Part shown: piece after piece, positions 1-13,675 of the stretch | Numbering within the stretch: position 1 is the stretch's first letter | Layout: each line of letters begins with the position of its first letter | Assembly: GCA_951406725.2 (NCBI GenBank) | Contig: OX597836.1 | Coordinates: forward strand, 20,460,001-20,524,000 | Direction: 5' to 3' | Length of the DNA: 64,000 nt | Source of the DNA: Octopus vulgaris | Taxonomy: Eukaryota | Notes under the pieces: generated by a model | Database searches by the model: none | The model's input: only the letters and a program-made list of their open reading frames with translations | Told to the model about the DNA's origin: nothing | Program-made: the position numbers and the translations under genes

Positions 1-43
1 CTTGCATCAAACGGCCATCTGCTTCAGCCACACCACCACGGAC
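1..43 (-). CDS. MPDZ: MPDZ-like internal exon (PDZ11), cut by the window edge
   Basis: tttttag|GTC CGT GGT GGT GTG GCT GAA GCA GAT GGC CGT TTG ATG CAA G = VRGGVAEADGRLMQ(G). Confidence 0.93.
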
Positions 44-613
44 CTAAAAATAAAACATTATTCATTAATGAAGATTTCTTAGATTGGCCCAAGGCCAGAT
101 ATTAAAGGAGGGAAGGGAGTGTTACGAATGATAGCACTGAACCCCAGTATTTTATCTTCTGTCTGTTACTTGTTTCAGTCATTGGATGGCAGCCATGCAG
201 GAGCACAGCCTTGAAGGGTTTAGTTGAACAAATTCACTCCAGTACCTATTTTTCTAAGTTTGGTAATTATTCTATTGATGTCTTTTGCTGAATTGCTAAG
301 TTATAGGGACATAAACAAGCCAACACATGTTTCCAAAGATGAATTATTCAAACCTCAAAGAGTTTCTCTCAACACATGGCTATGATGCTCCCCCATAACG
401 TCTGCTTGTGATCAGAGATGCACATATCGTCAGTCACTAAGGGACATGCTCAAGTGGTTATAGCTAAACAGCTGACAAGCAAATTTGTGATGTTGAGCAG
501 AATATTTGCTGTAGTCCATCTTTTATACCAAAACAAAAGATGTACATGATAACACTTCCAATCAGTTGAGCTCAGAAGCCATAAGAGCCACTGCCTGGTA
601 CTGCATCACGGCA

Positions 614-635
614 ATTATTATTATCATCATCATCA

Positions 636-705
<70 letters not shown>

Positions 706-730
706 CATCATCATCATCATTATTATTATT
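614..730. repeat. (ATT)n/(ATC)n compound microsatellite
   Basis: Direct reading; source of the poly-Ile ORFs. Confidence 0.95.
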
Positions 731-1009
731 AAGCTGGCAGAATTCTTACTGTGCAGGACAAAATACTTAGTAGCATTTCTTTTGGCTTTATGTTTTGAAT
801 TCAAATTCCGTTGAGATCAACTTTGCATTTCATCATTTAGGGATCGATAAAATAAGTACCAGTTGAGCATTGGGGTTGATGTAATTTACTAGCTCCCACC
901 CACCCCAAATTTCAGGTCTTGCTCCTATAGTAAAAAGGATTATTAAGTAAAAAGTGACTGAAATGAAGATAAGTTATTGTAATCCAAAGAATGTAGAAAT
1001 ATTACTTAC

Positions 1010-1234
1010 AATGTCTGATATATATACACCCACATCATTTCTTTTGCCAACAATACTGAGGCCAAGTCCTTTACCAGGTTTTTTCACTAATTCGATACTG
1101 AAGATGTCATAAATATCTTCTTCTTTTGTCAGTTGGTTATCTCGATAGATTAATAGCTTCACAAGTGTCGGAGTCTGGCGGAGAACTTGAATTGCTCTCT
1201 CATGAGTTGTGTCTTTAAGGTCTTCGTCATTAAC
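1010..1234 (-). CDS. MPDZ: MPDZ-like internal exon (end of PDZ10, start of PDZ11)
   Basis: tttcag|GTT AAT...GAC ATT|gtaagt, 225 nt. [75 protein letters not shown]. Confidence 0.96.
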
Positions 1235-2261
1235 CTGAAAAAGAGTAAAAGTAACACTGAAGTGTCCAACATCATAATTTTAACACCTACTTTTCCATGT
1301 TCTCATGGGTCAGATGATGAAATTTGAGATGGCAGATTTTCTAAGGCTGGATGTTCTTTCTGTTGCTAACCCTAAGTTAGTTAATGTGATGTTTCCCCCT
1401 AGTCCTTCAAACATGAACAACACAATCATCAGATATGTTTTCGTGGAAAATTTCAAATGGCTGACACTTGTATAATGGTGAGGTTTACTTTCACAATTAG
1501 AACATGATTCCAAAAAAAAACTTGAACCCACATACTCACTCACAATTACACACTGAAATAGAAACATATATACAATCATCACCATCATTTTAACAACCAC
1601 TTTTCCATGCTTGCACAGGTTAAATAGAATTTATTGAGGTAGTTCTATGGTTGAATGCCTTTCCAGACACCAACACTCACTTGTTTTCAAGCAAGATAAT
1701 ATTTCCCCATATCCACACATGCTTTTGCAGAATATTGGAAATGAATGACTCTGCTTACATGACAGTGAGGCTCATTTACAGTTATCATGCGATGTCAAGA
1801 CAAGGAGATAGGCTTCTTACAGTTTCCATTTACCAACTCCACTCACAAGGCTTTGGCTGGCGGAGGGCAATAGTGAAAAACACTTGTCAAAGGTGCTGTG
1901 CAATGGAACCAAACCTGACACCAAGTGGTTACAAAGAGAGCTTCTTAACCACACAGCCATGTCTGTATCAGTAGTATGTATGGAGAGCTCTGTACTGGGC
2001 TGATGATTACATATTCAACATTGCAGTAGTGCCGTTACGTTCTGAGTTCAAATTCTGCTGAGGTCGACTTTGCCTTTCATCCTTTCGGGGTCGATTAAAT
2101 AAGTACCAGTTACGCACTGGGGTTGATGTAATCGACTTAATCCCTTTGTCTGTCCTTGTTTGTCCCCTCTATGTTTAGCCCCCTGTGGGCAATAAAGAAA
2201 TAAAAATATTGCAGCAGACTCATTCAGATAGGTAGGCAAGATAAATAAATATAAGCATATT

Positions 2262-2686
2262 CTTTTATTCTTTCAGTCATTTGACTGCGGTCATGCTGGA
2301 GCACTGCCTTGAAGGGTTTTTAGTCAAACAAATTGACCCCAGGACTTATGTTTTTTTTTTTAAAACCTGGTACTTATTCTATTGCCTCTTTTGCTGAACT
2401 GCTAAGTTATGGGGATGTAGACACACCAATACTAGTTGTCAAGCAGTGATGGGGAGTGGGGGAACAAACGTGGACACAAAAGACGCACACATATAGATAG
2501 ATATAAACACACACACATATATATGATGGGCTTCTTTCAGTCTCCGTCTATCAAATTTACTTCAATAGGTTTTGGTCGGCCTGAGGTTATAGTAGAAGAT
2601 ACTTGCCAAAAGTGCCATGCAGTGGGACTGAACCCGGAACCATATGGTTGGGAAGCAAGCTTCTTACCACATGACCACACCTGCTC
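2262..2686 (-). mobile_element. tRNA-derived SINE, family A (older copy)
   Basis: Reverse complement of the element at 51961-52350, with substitutions. Confidence 0.8.
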
Positions 2687-2838
2687 TTATGCTTGTAAAT
2701 AATAAATATGTCTAAGGCTCAGGTCTTTGTCTTCCCAACAAAATTCCCATCACATTCTATTTTTTTGTCATCTTTATGAAATAATAATTGAAGTGAGAGA
2801 GAAGAGTAAAGCTCAATGAATATAAAAGTGATAATTAC

Positions 2839-2922
2839 TTCGAGTATTTGATCCCCAGCCATTAACCTTCCATCTTTATGTGCTGCACCATCTACATATA
2901 CTTCATGAATGATAATTGAGCC
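2839..2922 (-). CDS. MPDZ: MPDZ-like internal exon (PDZ10 middle)
   Basis: ttccag|GGC TCA...CTC GAA|gtaatt, 84 nt. [28 protein letters not shown]. Confidence 0.95.
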
Positions 2923-3375
2923 CTGGAATTAAAAAAAAAATTTTTTAATAATAAATAAGTAAATAAAGTATTATTAGTTCAATGAAAAACAAAGTACAAT
3001 ATAGAAGTAGAAAATGAAAGAAAAGGGAAATAAAGATATCTTCTCATGATGCAGAAAGTTTTACAAAAAACCTTTATATTTTGGGTGCGAAGGCTTATCT
3101 TCAGAAGGAAACCATAAAAGTTATGTGTATTTATTTACATTGGTTTTTGTTATTTTATTTTAAACTGCTTTTATTTCCTGGTTTTATATTAAAGAAAATT
3201 CAGATAGCTGAGCTTTTTCAGTTATTTGTTGGCCATACAACTAGCTAAAAGTTTGATGATTTGTATGTTGGCTAAGTCCATCTAGGTTAAAGTTGTTATT
3301 GATGTTTAACCCCAAGTTAGCCCAAAAGTATTCTTACCATGACTCTCTCCTCTCTCATATATATATATATATATA

Positions 3376-3412
<37 letters not shown>

Positions 3413-3416
<4 letters not shown>

Positions 3417-3798
3417 GACATGCCGTCTAGGTAGGCAAGGTAGCTAGTGCCTACCTTGGATAAAATAGATTTTCCTTTCATGGCAAAATATGCACCTAAT
3501 TCAATAAGATGATGAAGGGTACTCTGATTACTATGCATAAATTATGCATAAATTATAGATTAGGTAAGCATAATTTGTCCCTGCTTTTCAATCTCAATAT
3601 TTAAGCTCCATATAAAACTGCTGTGGTACACATGCTGTGTACATTCCTACAACAACGTTTTCTTTACGTGCTATAAAGGCAGAAGTAAATCTGCCTACAA
3701 CTCGGTTGCATGCCTGTGTTTTGCTTATGTTTTGTGTGTTTTACTGCATAAAGGTCATCAACTGTCTACCCTGAGTAACTGCTGACGGCGCATGCCTG
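3413..3798. mobile_element. Putative hAT-like MITE inserted in a (TA)n tract
   Basis: Imperfect terminal inverted repeats TAGAGACATGCCGTC ... GACGGCGCATGCCTG, with (TA)n on both sides. The superfamily is a guess. Confidence 0.45.
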
Positions 3799-4122
3799 AT
3801 ATATATATATATATATATGACTTGTCATTGTCAGCTTTATCTTGTATGTGAGAATTTTGTTTCTTCTTTGCTGAATGCTTCCTTTATATTAATAGCATTG
3901 GTGATTCTGTAGACCAATTCTTGCATGAAACAGTATGCATACATATGACAGGCTTCTTTCAATTTCTGTCTACCCATTCCACTCACAAGGCTTTGGTCAA
4001 CCTGAGGATATAGAAGACACACGCAGTGAGACCTAACCTGGTACCATGTGGTTGGGAAGCTAACTTCTTACCACACAACCATATCTGCACCTTAAAAGGA
4101 ATTAAAAAATCTTTCTACTCAC

Positions 4123-4286
4123 CAACAGAGTATCGGAACCACCAACAATACTTAGACCAAGACCACAATAGCCTTTGTCAATTTCAATATAAGTTTCTTC
4201 TCCAGGAACAACGGGACACGTTAAGGGATCAGATGGTGGCCCTGTTGTTTTAGGGGAAGAAGCCCGTGGATCAGTGCTGGAATCAC
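4123..4286 (-). CDS. MPDZ: MPDZ-like internal exon (linker plus start of PDZ10)
   Basis: ttacag|GT GAT...CTG TTG|gtgagt, 164 nt, phase 1->0. [54 protein letters not shown], compare [40 protein letters not shown]. Confidence 0.95.
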
Positions 4287-5647
4287 CTGTAATTAACAAA
4301 GATATCACTTCAATTATTATACAAGGGCTTTTTTTTGTTTGTTTTAGGAAAATAACATCATAAATACCAAAATATTTATCTTTTACCTTTTACTTGTTTC
4401 AGTCATTAGACTATGGCAATGCTGGAGCACTGCCTTAAAGGATTTAGTCAGAAAAATTGTCCCTAGTATTTATTTCTTTTAAATCTGGTATTCTTTCAGT
4501 CTCTTTTACCAAACTGCTAAGTTATGGGGACATAAACCAACACCAGTTGTGAAGTGGTGGTGGTGGGGAGCACACACACAAGGGTTTGTTTACATCCTTG
4601 TAAACATCCTGAGCAGTTTGACATAAAGGCCTGATAGAATAAGCATCAGTCTTTAAAAAAAATTACTGGGGTTCATTTGTACGACTAAACTCATCAAGGC
4701 AGTGCCCCAGCATGGGCACAGTCCAATGACTGAAGCATAAAAAGACTGAAGCTAATATGATGACAATTCCATGTGGTGTTGTCAGTGAAGAAAAATACTG
4801 CAAAACGTTAGAATATTTCACAAACAATGCCTCATATTTTGTCTCTTTAAAATGTTTCTTTCCTTTTTTCAAATTCAAAATGTTATCTTTTTACTGCATT
4901 TTTCGTGATTCCATTTTGAAAAGTAAGTTTGATTAGTGTTTTGTTTTGTCTACTTTATATTTGATATTAACGACTTTTTTGTTTCACTTTATTTTCAAAT
5001 TTCTTTGTCATTGTCAATAAAATGTGACATCTTTACATTGGTAAAAAAGAAATGGAAAAACTTTGATATAATGTTTAGAGATGTATTTATTTACTCTGTG
5101 GATAAAAAGAATTAGGATTGAATTCATCAACAGAGTATTTATCATGAAGATGGATTTGCCAAAAGCCAATGCAGTTAGCACTATGATAAGCTTACTAATC
5201 CTTTTACAATGGAAATCAAATATATCCATTCAAAATTTCATACTCTTAACTGCAGAAAGCATTTTTTAGATATCAATTTACCTTTTGCTGAAAAATATCA
5301 TGCTTGAAATTATTTTCTGTTGAGATATGTGCTGGTGCCACGTTAAAAGCACTTATGCCAGTGCCACATAAGAAGCACCCAGTACACTTCTCTAAAGTAT
5401 TAAGAAGGGCATCCAGCCATAAAAACCATATCAGAACAGACAATGGAGCCTGGTACAGGCCCCATGCCTTACTAGCCCCTGTCCAACCATCCAACCCATG
5501 CCAGCATGGAAAATGGACATTAAATGATGATGATGATAATAATGTCAAGTTTATTGAGGCAATAATATCAATTCTCGTTTTCGGTAGATATTTAACATCA
5601 TTACTGGAAACTTAATTTTGCAGTTAAAGGGCTAACAGTGTATTTAA

Positions 5648-5949
5648 TTTTTATTTATTTATGCACCCTTCTCAAGCCTAGCCAGGCTCATGGGCCCAGT
5701 TTCCCGGTTTCTGTGGCGTATGTGTTCCCCCCAGCTGGATGGGACGCCAGTCCATCGCAGCATTACCCAAAAAGCAGGAAGAAAGAGCGAGAGAAAGTTG
5801 GGGCGAAAGAGTACAACAGGGGTCGCCACCAACCCCTGCCGGAGACTCGTGGAGCTTTAGGTGTTTTCGCTCAATAAACAAACAACGCCCGGTCTCGGAA
5901 TTGAAACTGCGAGTCCGCTGCCCTAACCACTGGGCCATTGCGCATCCAC
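5648..5949 (-). mobile_element. tRNA-derived SINE, family D, tail type 2
   Basis: Minus-strand head ...CAGTGGTTAGGGCAGCGGACTCGC; direct repeats AGTGTATTTAA at 5637-5647 and 5950-5960 (TSD). Confidence 0.85.
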
Positions 5950-7205
5950 AGTGTATTTAAATTTGTAACAAATTTAGTAATAATGTATTTAACACTATAA
6001 TGAATTTACACCAATTTTCTGGACACTGATGGTCTGGAACCTTTTCTAATCTGCACTAATTTATGAGCAGAAACTTCAAATTCCTACAGCTGCCAGACAA
6101 ATTTACTGGTACTTTGCATAGTAAAAGACCTCTTTCAATCACAAATGTCCATGGGATTGCATCTAGAAAGTTCCCCTCCGAGGCACAAGTCTGGGCAAGG
6201 TTGTTCGTGGAAGACCTGTAGTCACTCATGGATAGTAGTCTTTCCTCTTCGTGCCACCGATGTTGTCCAAGGAAAAGGCAAAGGCCAATACAGCTTGGCG
6301 CCAGTAATGGTTGCAACTCATTTCTACACCTAAGTGAGCTGGAGCAACTTGAAATAAAGTGTTTTGCTCAAGAACACAACACACAACCCAGTTTGGGTAT
6401 TGAAATCAAAACCTCATGATTATAACCCTGATGCTCTAACCACTGAGCCATATGCTTTTACACTCTGCATAGTAGAATATTGATAGACTTGTATGCTTTA
6501 GAGTAATGTACAGTAACTTTCCCATTCTGGTCATGATTTCCTCCAGCAGAAACCAATCCCGTGCAAATGGCATCTGTGCCAGTGGCACGTAAAAGCATCC
6601 ATTACACTTTCGGAGTGGTTGGTGTTAGGAAGAGCATCCAGCTGTAGAAACCATGCCAAAGCAGACTGGAGTCTGGTGCAGCTTTCCAGCTCTGGTCAAA
6701 CCATCCAACCCTTGCCAGCATGGACAATGGATGCCAAATGATGACGATGATAATGTACAAGTACCTGTATTTCATTTAAATGTTAAAATAAAACACCTGT
6801 AATATATTTAGGACAAATTTACTAATAATGTACATAGCACTATGATCAATATACTAATGAGGTATTTGATATTATGATGAATTTACCAAAGTTCTATTTA
6901 GTGTGACTGTCGTGTTTCCTGCTCCAAATTGGGTTCTTTCTTGGAAATTAAAGAGCCAAGCTCTTTTTAAATTGAGTAAAATAATAACAATCAACACCCC
7001 AACCACCATCACCATCACAATCATCATCATAACTATTTCCACCATGACCACCATTATAACTATTTCCATCACCACCATTATCACAATTATCAGAACTGTC
7101 TGCATCACCACCACCACCACCATCATCAACCTCATCATCATTGTTGATGCCATCAGTATTACCATCCAGGTAGTTAAAAAATAACTAAATCAGTCCTTGA
7201 ATCAA

Positions 7206-7430
7206 TCCCACCATCCATATTTTCTCACAATGCCACATATAAATAGCAAACTTTACTCTGTCTTAATGTCCTTCTACTTACGCTAATTAATTATTTAATC
7301 AATCTCCTTATCCAATCTCCCACCATCCATATTCTTCTCACAAAGCCACATATAAATAGCAAACTTTACTCTGTCTTAATGTCCTTCTACTTACGCTAAT
7401 TAATTATATAATCAATTCTCTTCTTATCCA
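7206..7430. repeat. Tandem duplication, about 112-bp unit x2
   Basis: TCCCACCATCCATAT...CTTACGCTAATTAATTAT starts at 7206 and again at 7318. Confidence 0.9.
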
Positions 7431-8058
7431 ACCCGTTCTTAGTTTTTTTTTTTTTCCCCAGTTGTCTTTCACTTAATAGATTTTACTCAATACTAGAAAC
7501 TGTTACTGTAATTATTACAAATACGATTGTGAATGAGGTTCACCACCACCATACTCACTAGCAGCATCATTCCACCCCCCTCTCAACATTTTACTTATTC
7601 CTAATCCTTCCTCGAAAGGATGAAAGGCAAAGTCGACCTCAGGAGAATCTCCTACCCTCAGAATGTAACGGCAGACATACCTTTTTCTCCTATCTCTCAT
7701 CACTTTTGTCCTTTTTCTTCCTCCTCTGCCCCACCTCTCCTTATATATATCTCTCATACACTTTTCCATCATTTCTTTCCCTTTTCCTCCTCCCCTCATA
7801 TCCAATTTTCTTCTCTTTTGTCTAATATCCTTTTCTTCCTTCTTTCTTATCCCATTCTCTATTACAACAACCATCTCCAAGTAAAGTTAACAATCTCTCC
7901 ACTCGCGCTCTCTCACACACACACATTTTCTGTCCCATAAAACTGACAACAGCAGACTTAAACCAAGCAGACAGTTTCTTCTGAAAGGAGAAACAAAAAG
8001 TCATACTAAACTACATTTCTTATTTCCACTCCCCAACCCTGAAAGTTTTATCAAGGGA

Positions 8059-8438
8059 CTAGCAGTATCGCCCGGCGTTGCTCAGGTTTGTAAGGGAAAT
8101 AACTATAAAGCATTTTTAGAGAGTTATAGCCAAAAAATAGCAAAAAAATGGAAAAAAATGATGGTAAATTTTTTTTTAGTTAAAAAGGTGGAGTTGCGTC
8201 CCCTAGACAGTTTGCGGTTTGTGTTTCTGATTCTCGACCCCATGTCGAATTTATCTATTTTTTCAGAACTGGGGGAACTTTTCAAAATTTTCGCTGCGTT
8301 AGTTTTGAATTATGACATTGGGCTATGTGTGTGTCAAGTTTCATCAGAATCGGTTGAAAGCCGTGGTCAGGGTGAGGGTACAAGCAAACAGACACACAGA
8401 AACACGCACAGACAAACTGCTGTTTATATAGAGAGAGA
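8059..8438 (-). mobile_element. Non-autonomous Helitron
   Basis: Minus strand starts TC(TCTCTCTATATAAAC) and ends with hairpin CCTGAGCAACGCCGGG then CTAG. Inserted between A and T, no TSD. Homologous to 52707-53091. Confidence 0.8.
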
Positions 8439-8987
8439 TTAGAGCAGGGGATTAAAATGGCTTAACACACATTGGCCAATCTGAAAGAAACACTGACCAG
8501 TCTTGCACTGATCAAACAGCTCTAGTGTTTGATCAGTATGTTACTGATAGTTCTGTTCTTTTTAGCACTATACATCTTGGGGAGCCCCTCTCAGTAGAGG
8601 GGGCTTGCATAGACCAATGTCTCTGAGAGCAATGCTGTCAGGAGTTTTAAACTCCTTGGTGACAAGGTTGAAGACAGGGACCCAGACTAAGTGCACAAAG
8701 ATCCTAATGGTAGAATAAGTGGATGATGATTAACAACAGGTCTCAGTGCTTGAACCAGCAGATGAAGAGGGCTATACATGATGGACATGCTAGAGAAGAT
8801 GCTGCTTGAAACTATAACTGGGTCAGTGGGAGGCTGTTGCAATTTCATAACTGGATCCTGCATGTCCCATTCCATACGTGCTGCAGCGGAAGGTTATGAA
8901 ATCAAGTGTGTGAGCCACTTCCTGGCAAGCTGAGCTCCACTTTAAACAAATCCATGCCATTGGCACTTTCTTCTATGCTATATGAGA

Positions 8988-9380
8988 TCATCATCGTCAT
9001 CATCATCGTTTAGCGTCCGCTTTCCATGCTGGCATGGGTTGGACGGTACAACTGGGGTCTGGGAAGCCAGAAGGCTGCACCAGGCCCAGTCTGATCTGGC
9101 AATGTTTCTACGGCTGGATTCCCTTCCTAATGCCAACCACTCCATGAGTGTAGTGGGTGCTTTTTACGTGTCAGACGAGGCTGGCAAATGGCCATGAACG
9201 GATGGTGCTTTTTACGTGCCACCGGCACGGAGGCCAGGCCAGGCTGGCAACGGCCACGATTGGATGGTGCTTTTTATGTGCCACCGGCATGGAAGCCAGT
9301 TGGGGCGGCGCTGGCAGCAGCCATGTTCGGATGGTTCTCTTATGTGCCACCGGCACTGGTATCACAGCTACAATTTCCAT
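8988..9380 (-). mobile_element. Non-LTR/SINE family C ((GAT)n tail) with internal tandem subrepeats
   Basis: Shares the TTAGGAAGGG...CCAACCCATGCCAGCATGGAAAGCGGACG..AAACGATGATGAT tail with many copies. The subunit GGATGGTGCTTTTTAYGTGCCACCGGCA repeats about 3 times. Confidence 0.8.
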
Positions 9381-9849
9381 TGATGAGATAACTTTCTCAA
9401 AATGAATACTGCAGTGTTGAGGCTTTTTTAAAGTATATTCATGTTGAGTAAGATATTCAGATAGCTATTCTGAACTAATACTGATTCAGCCTAATAGCGA
9501 TTAAAGAGACTGTGTCAAGATACCCACAAGGCATTTTGTCCCTAATTCCACTAACTCTCAGCTAGCAATAACAATATTTATGGCTTATTTTGCCCAGTAA
9601 CAAGATCTTTGGAGAGAAAACATTAGGAGGTGAAGGAGGTGGTGTGTGTCGATCGATCGTATTGGAGATCTTAGTAAATTGTTTTATATTGACTCTATTA
9701 GGATAAAAGACAAACATTAGAGTTGGTAGGATGTGAAACACAATGGATGACAGTGACATGAAGGGAAAAGAATGATGAAGGAGAAAAAATAACAGAAATA
9801 TAACAAAGAGAAAGATCAAAAACGGAACCAGAAAAAATACTGAGACATA

Positions 9850-10245
9850 CTCACACACACACATAAATATATACACATACAAACACACATTCACAAAACT
9901 GCAAATACACATACACAAGCAAATCTGCATACGCACATACACATATACATATGTGCTCACATATACATACATATATATCATATATATATATGTATACACA
10001 CACATATATACATACATATGTATACACATATATACAAATATATATATATACACACATATATACATATACATACATATGTATACACATATATACAAATATA
10101 TATATATACACACATATATACATACATATGTATACACACATATATATATATATATATACACACACACATATATATATACACAGACATACACCCGTATATC
10201 CATTTAAACTAATATGATACACTATTACACACACACACACACATA
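9850..10245. repeat. Compound (TA)/(CA)/(TACA) microsatellite field
   Basis: Direct reading. Confidence 0.9.
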
Positions 10246-10706
10246 TGAGATTAGAAGAGTAATGTCTGTGATTAGAGTCAGTAAACTATGATCAAAAATA
10301 TTGGAACAACCATTGTTACTGATGCAAGAACTTAGTGTTTTGTCAGTGGCAACAAAAACCACCATCTCTACACATATGCAAAAAAAAAAAACCCTACCAT
10401 AATCAATACTACTATACACCTACACACCACGCATTTCAGTCAAACAATGCCATTGAAGATATATTTTGAATTATGTATATTTTATATTGCAGAACAACAG
10501 CATTGTTGGTTCCAGGTTTCCAATGGGCCAATCATTGGCCGACTGCATGTTGCAACGGTGATGATGAAAAGGGAGCGTGAGAGTGCAATTTGGGTGAAGT
10601 AAACACCACAAGATACTTTCCATGCAAACACACCTGTTTATTTGATTTTCTTGGAAATATTTACATTTTTTGCTGGAAGAAATACACACAGATATATATA
10701 TATATA

Positions 10707-11172
10707 CTAGCAGCATAGCCCAGCATTGCCAGGGTATGTAAGAGCCCCTGGAGCAGATATGATGCTCGCTGTGAATTTAAAAAAAATTCCTGCCAATTTG
10801 AGAAAGATATTGTCGAAAATATGTCATCTTGAATTTGAACGCGATTTCCCAAAATGGCATGATTTTATCGATTTTTTATGATAGTAAGGTATTGCATGGA
10901 AAACTAACGTCAGAATTAAGTTTCTAAGGGTAACATTAAGCTTCACCATGAGTTTGGTGAAAAATGTGTTGCAAATAAAAAGCTTAGATTCTCGACCCCA
11001 TGTCGAATTTCTCGATTTTTTTCAGAACTGGGGGAACTTTTCAAAATTTTTGCTGCGTTAGTTTTGAATTATGACATTAGGCTATGTGTGTGTCAAGTTT
11101 CATCAGAATCGGTTGAAAGCCGTGGTCAGGGTGAGGGTACAACCTGCCAGACACACAGACAGACAAATTGCC

Positions 11173-11180
<8 letters not shown>
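10707..11180 (-). mobile_element. Non-autonomous Helitron (variant internal sequence)
   Basis: A|CTAGCAGCATAGCCCAGCATTGCCAGGG terminus; about 190 bp shared with 8228-8430; the other end is lost in (TA)n. Confidence 0.7.
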
Positions 11181-11223
<43 letters not shown>

Positions 11224-11545
11224 GGAGTAAGCACATAAATGTGAAACAAGGTAGAAAAAAGAGTACTCAAATACCAGAGGTAGAGTAATATGCTTTATTT
11301 AAAAGTTGCTTTTAAATAAAGTGTGTATATATATATATATATATATAGTGAGAATTTACAAAAACACAAAAGACGAAGATGGGTTTGTAAACTACAAATA
11401 CATGTATATATAAGTATATAATTATAAATATATAATTATAATTAAGGGTGCTGGAGGGACAACACCAATACGATAGAAGTAGATGTCAGACGTCTACAAA
11501 CCACTCTAAATTTGTTCTCCTTTTGGCACAAAGCTGACTGCAAGG

Positions 11546-11777
11546 AAATGGACAAGAAGATTTATAACATATTGGACACTTCTATATCTTAAGATTTCGT
11601 GTTTTGTAATAAAAATTATTTCACAATCATTAGTAGAATATACTGACCATATATATTTTTCACTTATAGATGGTTGGTATATTCTACTGATGAATGTAAA
11701 GTAATTTTTACCACAAAACAATAAAATCTTAAGAAATAAATTTGTCCGAAATTTTATAAAATCTCCTTGTCCATTTT
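11546..11777. mobile_element. Foldback element with two degenerate hammerhead motifs (Penelope-like relic)
   Basis: Imperfect inverted arms at about 11546-11652 and 11668-11777, each with TATTCTACT(G/A)ATGA...AAATCTTAAGA. Confidence 0.65.
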
Positions 11778-12282
11778 TCCACATTCAGTCTTGTGCCAAA
11801 AGGTGTCTTTCAACTGAGGATGAACCAAATTGAGCTGGCATGTATAAAGTGAAAGCCTTAAGGCAGGAACATAGGAGATGGACATAAGAGGTTTTAGCAG
11901 TCAGCAGTCATAGATACATATGACTGGATGTGCTTGACATACCAGTCAGGTTTCAGTTCTAAAATTAATCATGTTAAACTCCCATTGTCGCTTGTACACA
12001 GAGATTGTCTGTATTTGAGGGTAAGTTATGACATAATACAAAGAGCACAACACTAATAAGAGATAAGAACATGGACACTGACTCAATATGCCTTTATTTT
12101 GTCTGTTACATAAATTTCAGTGTCCTGATACACACACACACATCATTAAAAGGCACTGTGAAGCATGACAGAACCAAAGATAGGGTTCAGAAGCAGCCTC
12201 CACATTCCACTCTAATTTCCAGTGTAGTATGAATCAGGGAAAGAAGCTTGGGAGGATAGGCTTGAGTGCAGAATATATATAT

Positions 12283-12568
12283 GTGGAGGTGCAATGACCT
12301 AGTGGTTAGGGCAGCGGACTCACGGTTTCGATTCCCAGACCAGGCGTTGTGAGTGATTATTGAGCGAAAACACCTAAGGCTCCACGCGGCTCCGGCAGGG
12401 TGGTGGCGATCCCTGCTGTACTCTTTCACCACTCTTTCTCTCACTCTTTCTTCTGTTGGCCTGCTCGCATTGCCAGCGGGGTGGCATCATTTGAAGGCTA
12501 AAACAGTGCGAAGTGTATTGTGACCAGCGATGTGTAGCAACATCTGATGGTCTGGTCGGTCACGGTGA
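12283..12568 (+). mobile_element. tRNA-derived SINE, family D, tail type 1
   Basis: Head GTGGAGGTGCAATGACCTAGTGGTTAGGGCAGCGGAC...GGTTTCGATTCCC (A/B-box-like); homologous to 59954-60248. Confidence 0.85.
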
Positions 12569-13024
12569 TATATATATATATATGCACACACACACACACA
12601 CAAATATAATTGTGTGCACACACACATATATAAATACATACATACATATATAGGGTGTATTGGTGCATGTGCATAACTGGGTAAGTGTAAAAGTGCATAT
12701 CTGCATGCATACATGTCTATAGATACATCAATTTTTCCCCTCCTCCGTTTTTCTTATACAGACCCCATTCCAGATAATATATGATAACTCAACCCAATGG
12801 AGTCCGTGTGTTTGTTCAACAATCCACACGTACCTTGCATTACTTGAGCCACTTGAGGGACAAGTTGTATGTGTCTGTTCAGTTTTACTTGTCTCAAGAA
12901 GTAACTACATATAAACACACACACACACACACACATACATACATATGCATGCTTAAAACTAAATAGTTTATAAAAAGAATTTCACAGGAGATCTCCAGAA
13001 GAATGTAAGAAAGTGACTACTCAC

Positions 13025-13133
13025 CACATGCACCACCAATTGATATAACATCGTTTCTGTGACCTCCAAATGTTGCTTTACGGATAAATTTTAATTTTAC
13101 TTTTCCTTGTGTTTTTCTCAAAATCTCCATTGC
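13025..13133 (-). CDS. MPDZ: MPDZ-like internal exon (PDZ9 alphaB/betaF plus linker)
   Basis: tttatag|GCA ATG...TGT G|gtgagt, 109 nt, phase 0->1. AMEILRKTQGKVKLKFIRKATFGGHRNDVISIGGAC(G). Confidence 0.9.
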
Positions 13134-13291
13134 CTATAAATGGAGATATAAGATATATGAAGACATGGGAAAAATAAGACAAAAATAAAAAACAAAAACA
13201 AATAAAACAATAATTATGTATGATATGTGTGTGAATGTATCTTCATTGTATGTATGTATCCAAATATATGTATACACAAATAAATAAATAA

Positions 13292-13333
<42 letters not shown>

Positions 13334-13634
13334 ATAGTTTAAAACTCGCGTTGCTCAAGAAGGTTTTGAAACCACCTAAAGATTTTTAGAGAGTTATGTC
13401 TCAAAGATGTGCTGAAATAAGACATGAAATGATCGTAAATTTTTTTAAATCGTTGACTCATCGTAGACATTTTTAGAGATTACTTCCTTATATATTAAAA
13501 TGGAAAAAAATTATGGTAAATTATTTCAAAAATCGTAGACTCATCGTAGACGTGCGCTAATATCCAGAAGGGCTTAATATGAATTTTAAGATACTTTGTT
13601 TGATTTGCATAATAGTGGTTTTGTCTCTAATTTA

Positions 13635-13674
<40 letters not shown>

Positions 13675-13675
<1 letters not shown>

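Noticed and set aside
6887-6939. Exon-like segment ccaag|AA AGA ACC...ACT TTG|gtaaat (ERTQFGAGNTTVTLNRTL)
   Set aside because: It is phase 1->0, but the next exon (4286) needs phase 1. The other frames contain stops and I found no compensating exon.
9150-9360. Regularly spaced GTGCCACCGGCA repeats resembling a CRISPR array
   Set aside because: Eukaryotic context, spacers are mutually similar, and it lies inside a family C retroposon.
12283-12345. tRNA-like sequences at SINE heads
   Set aside because: No complete cloverleaf, and they continue into SINE bodies, so they are not tRNA genes.
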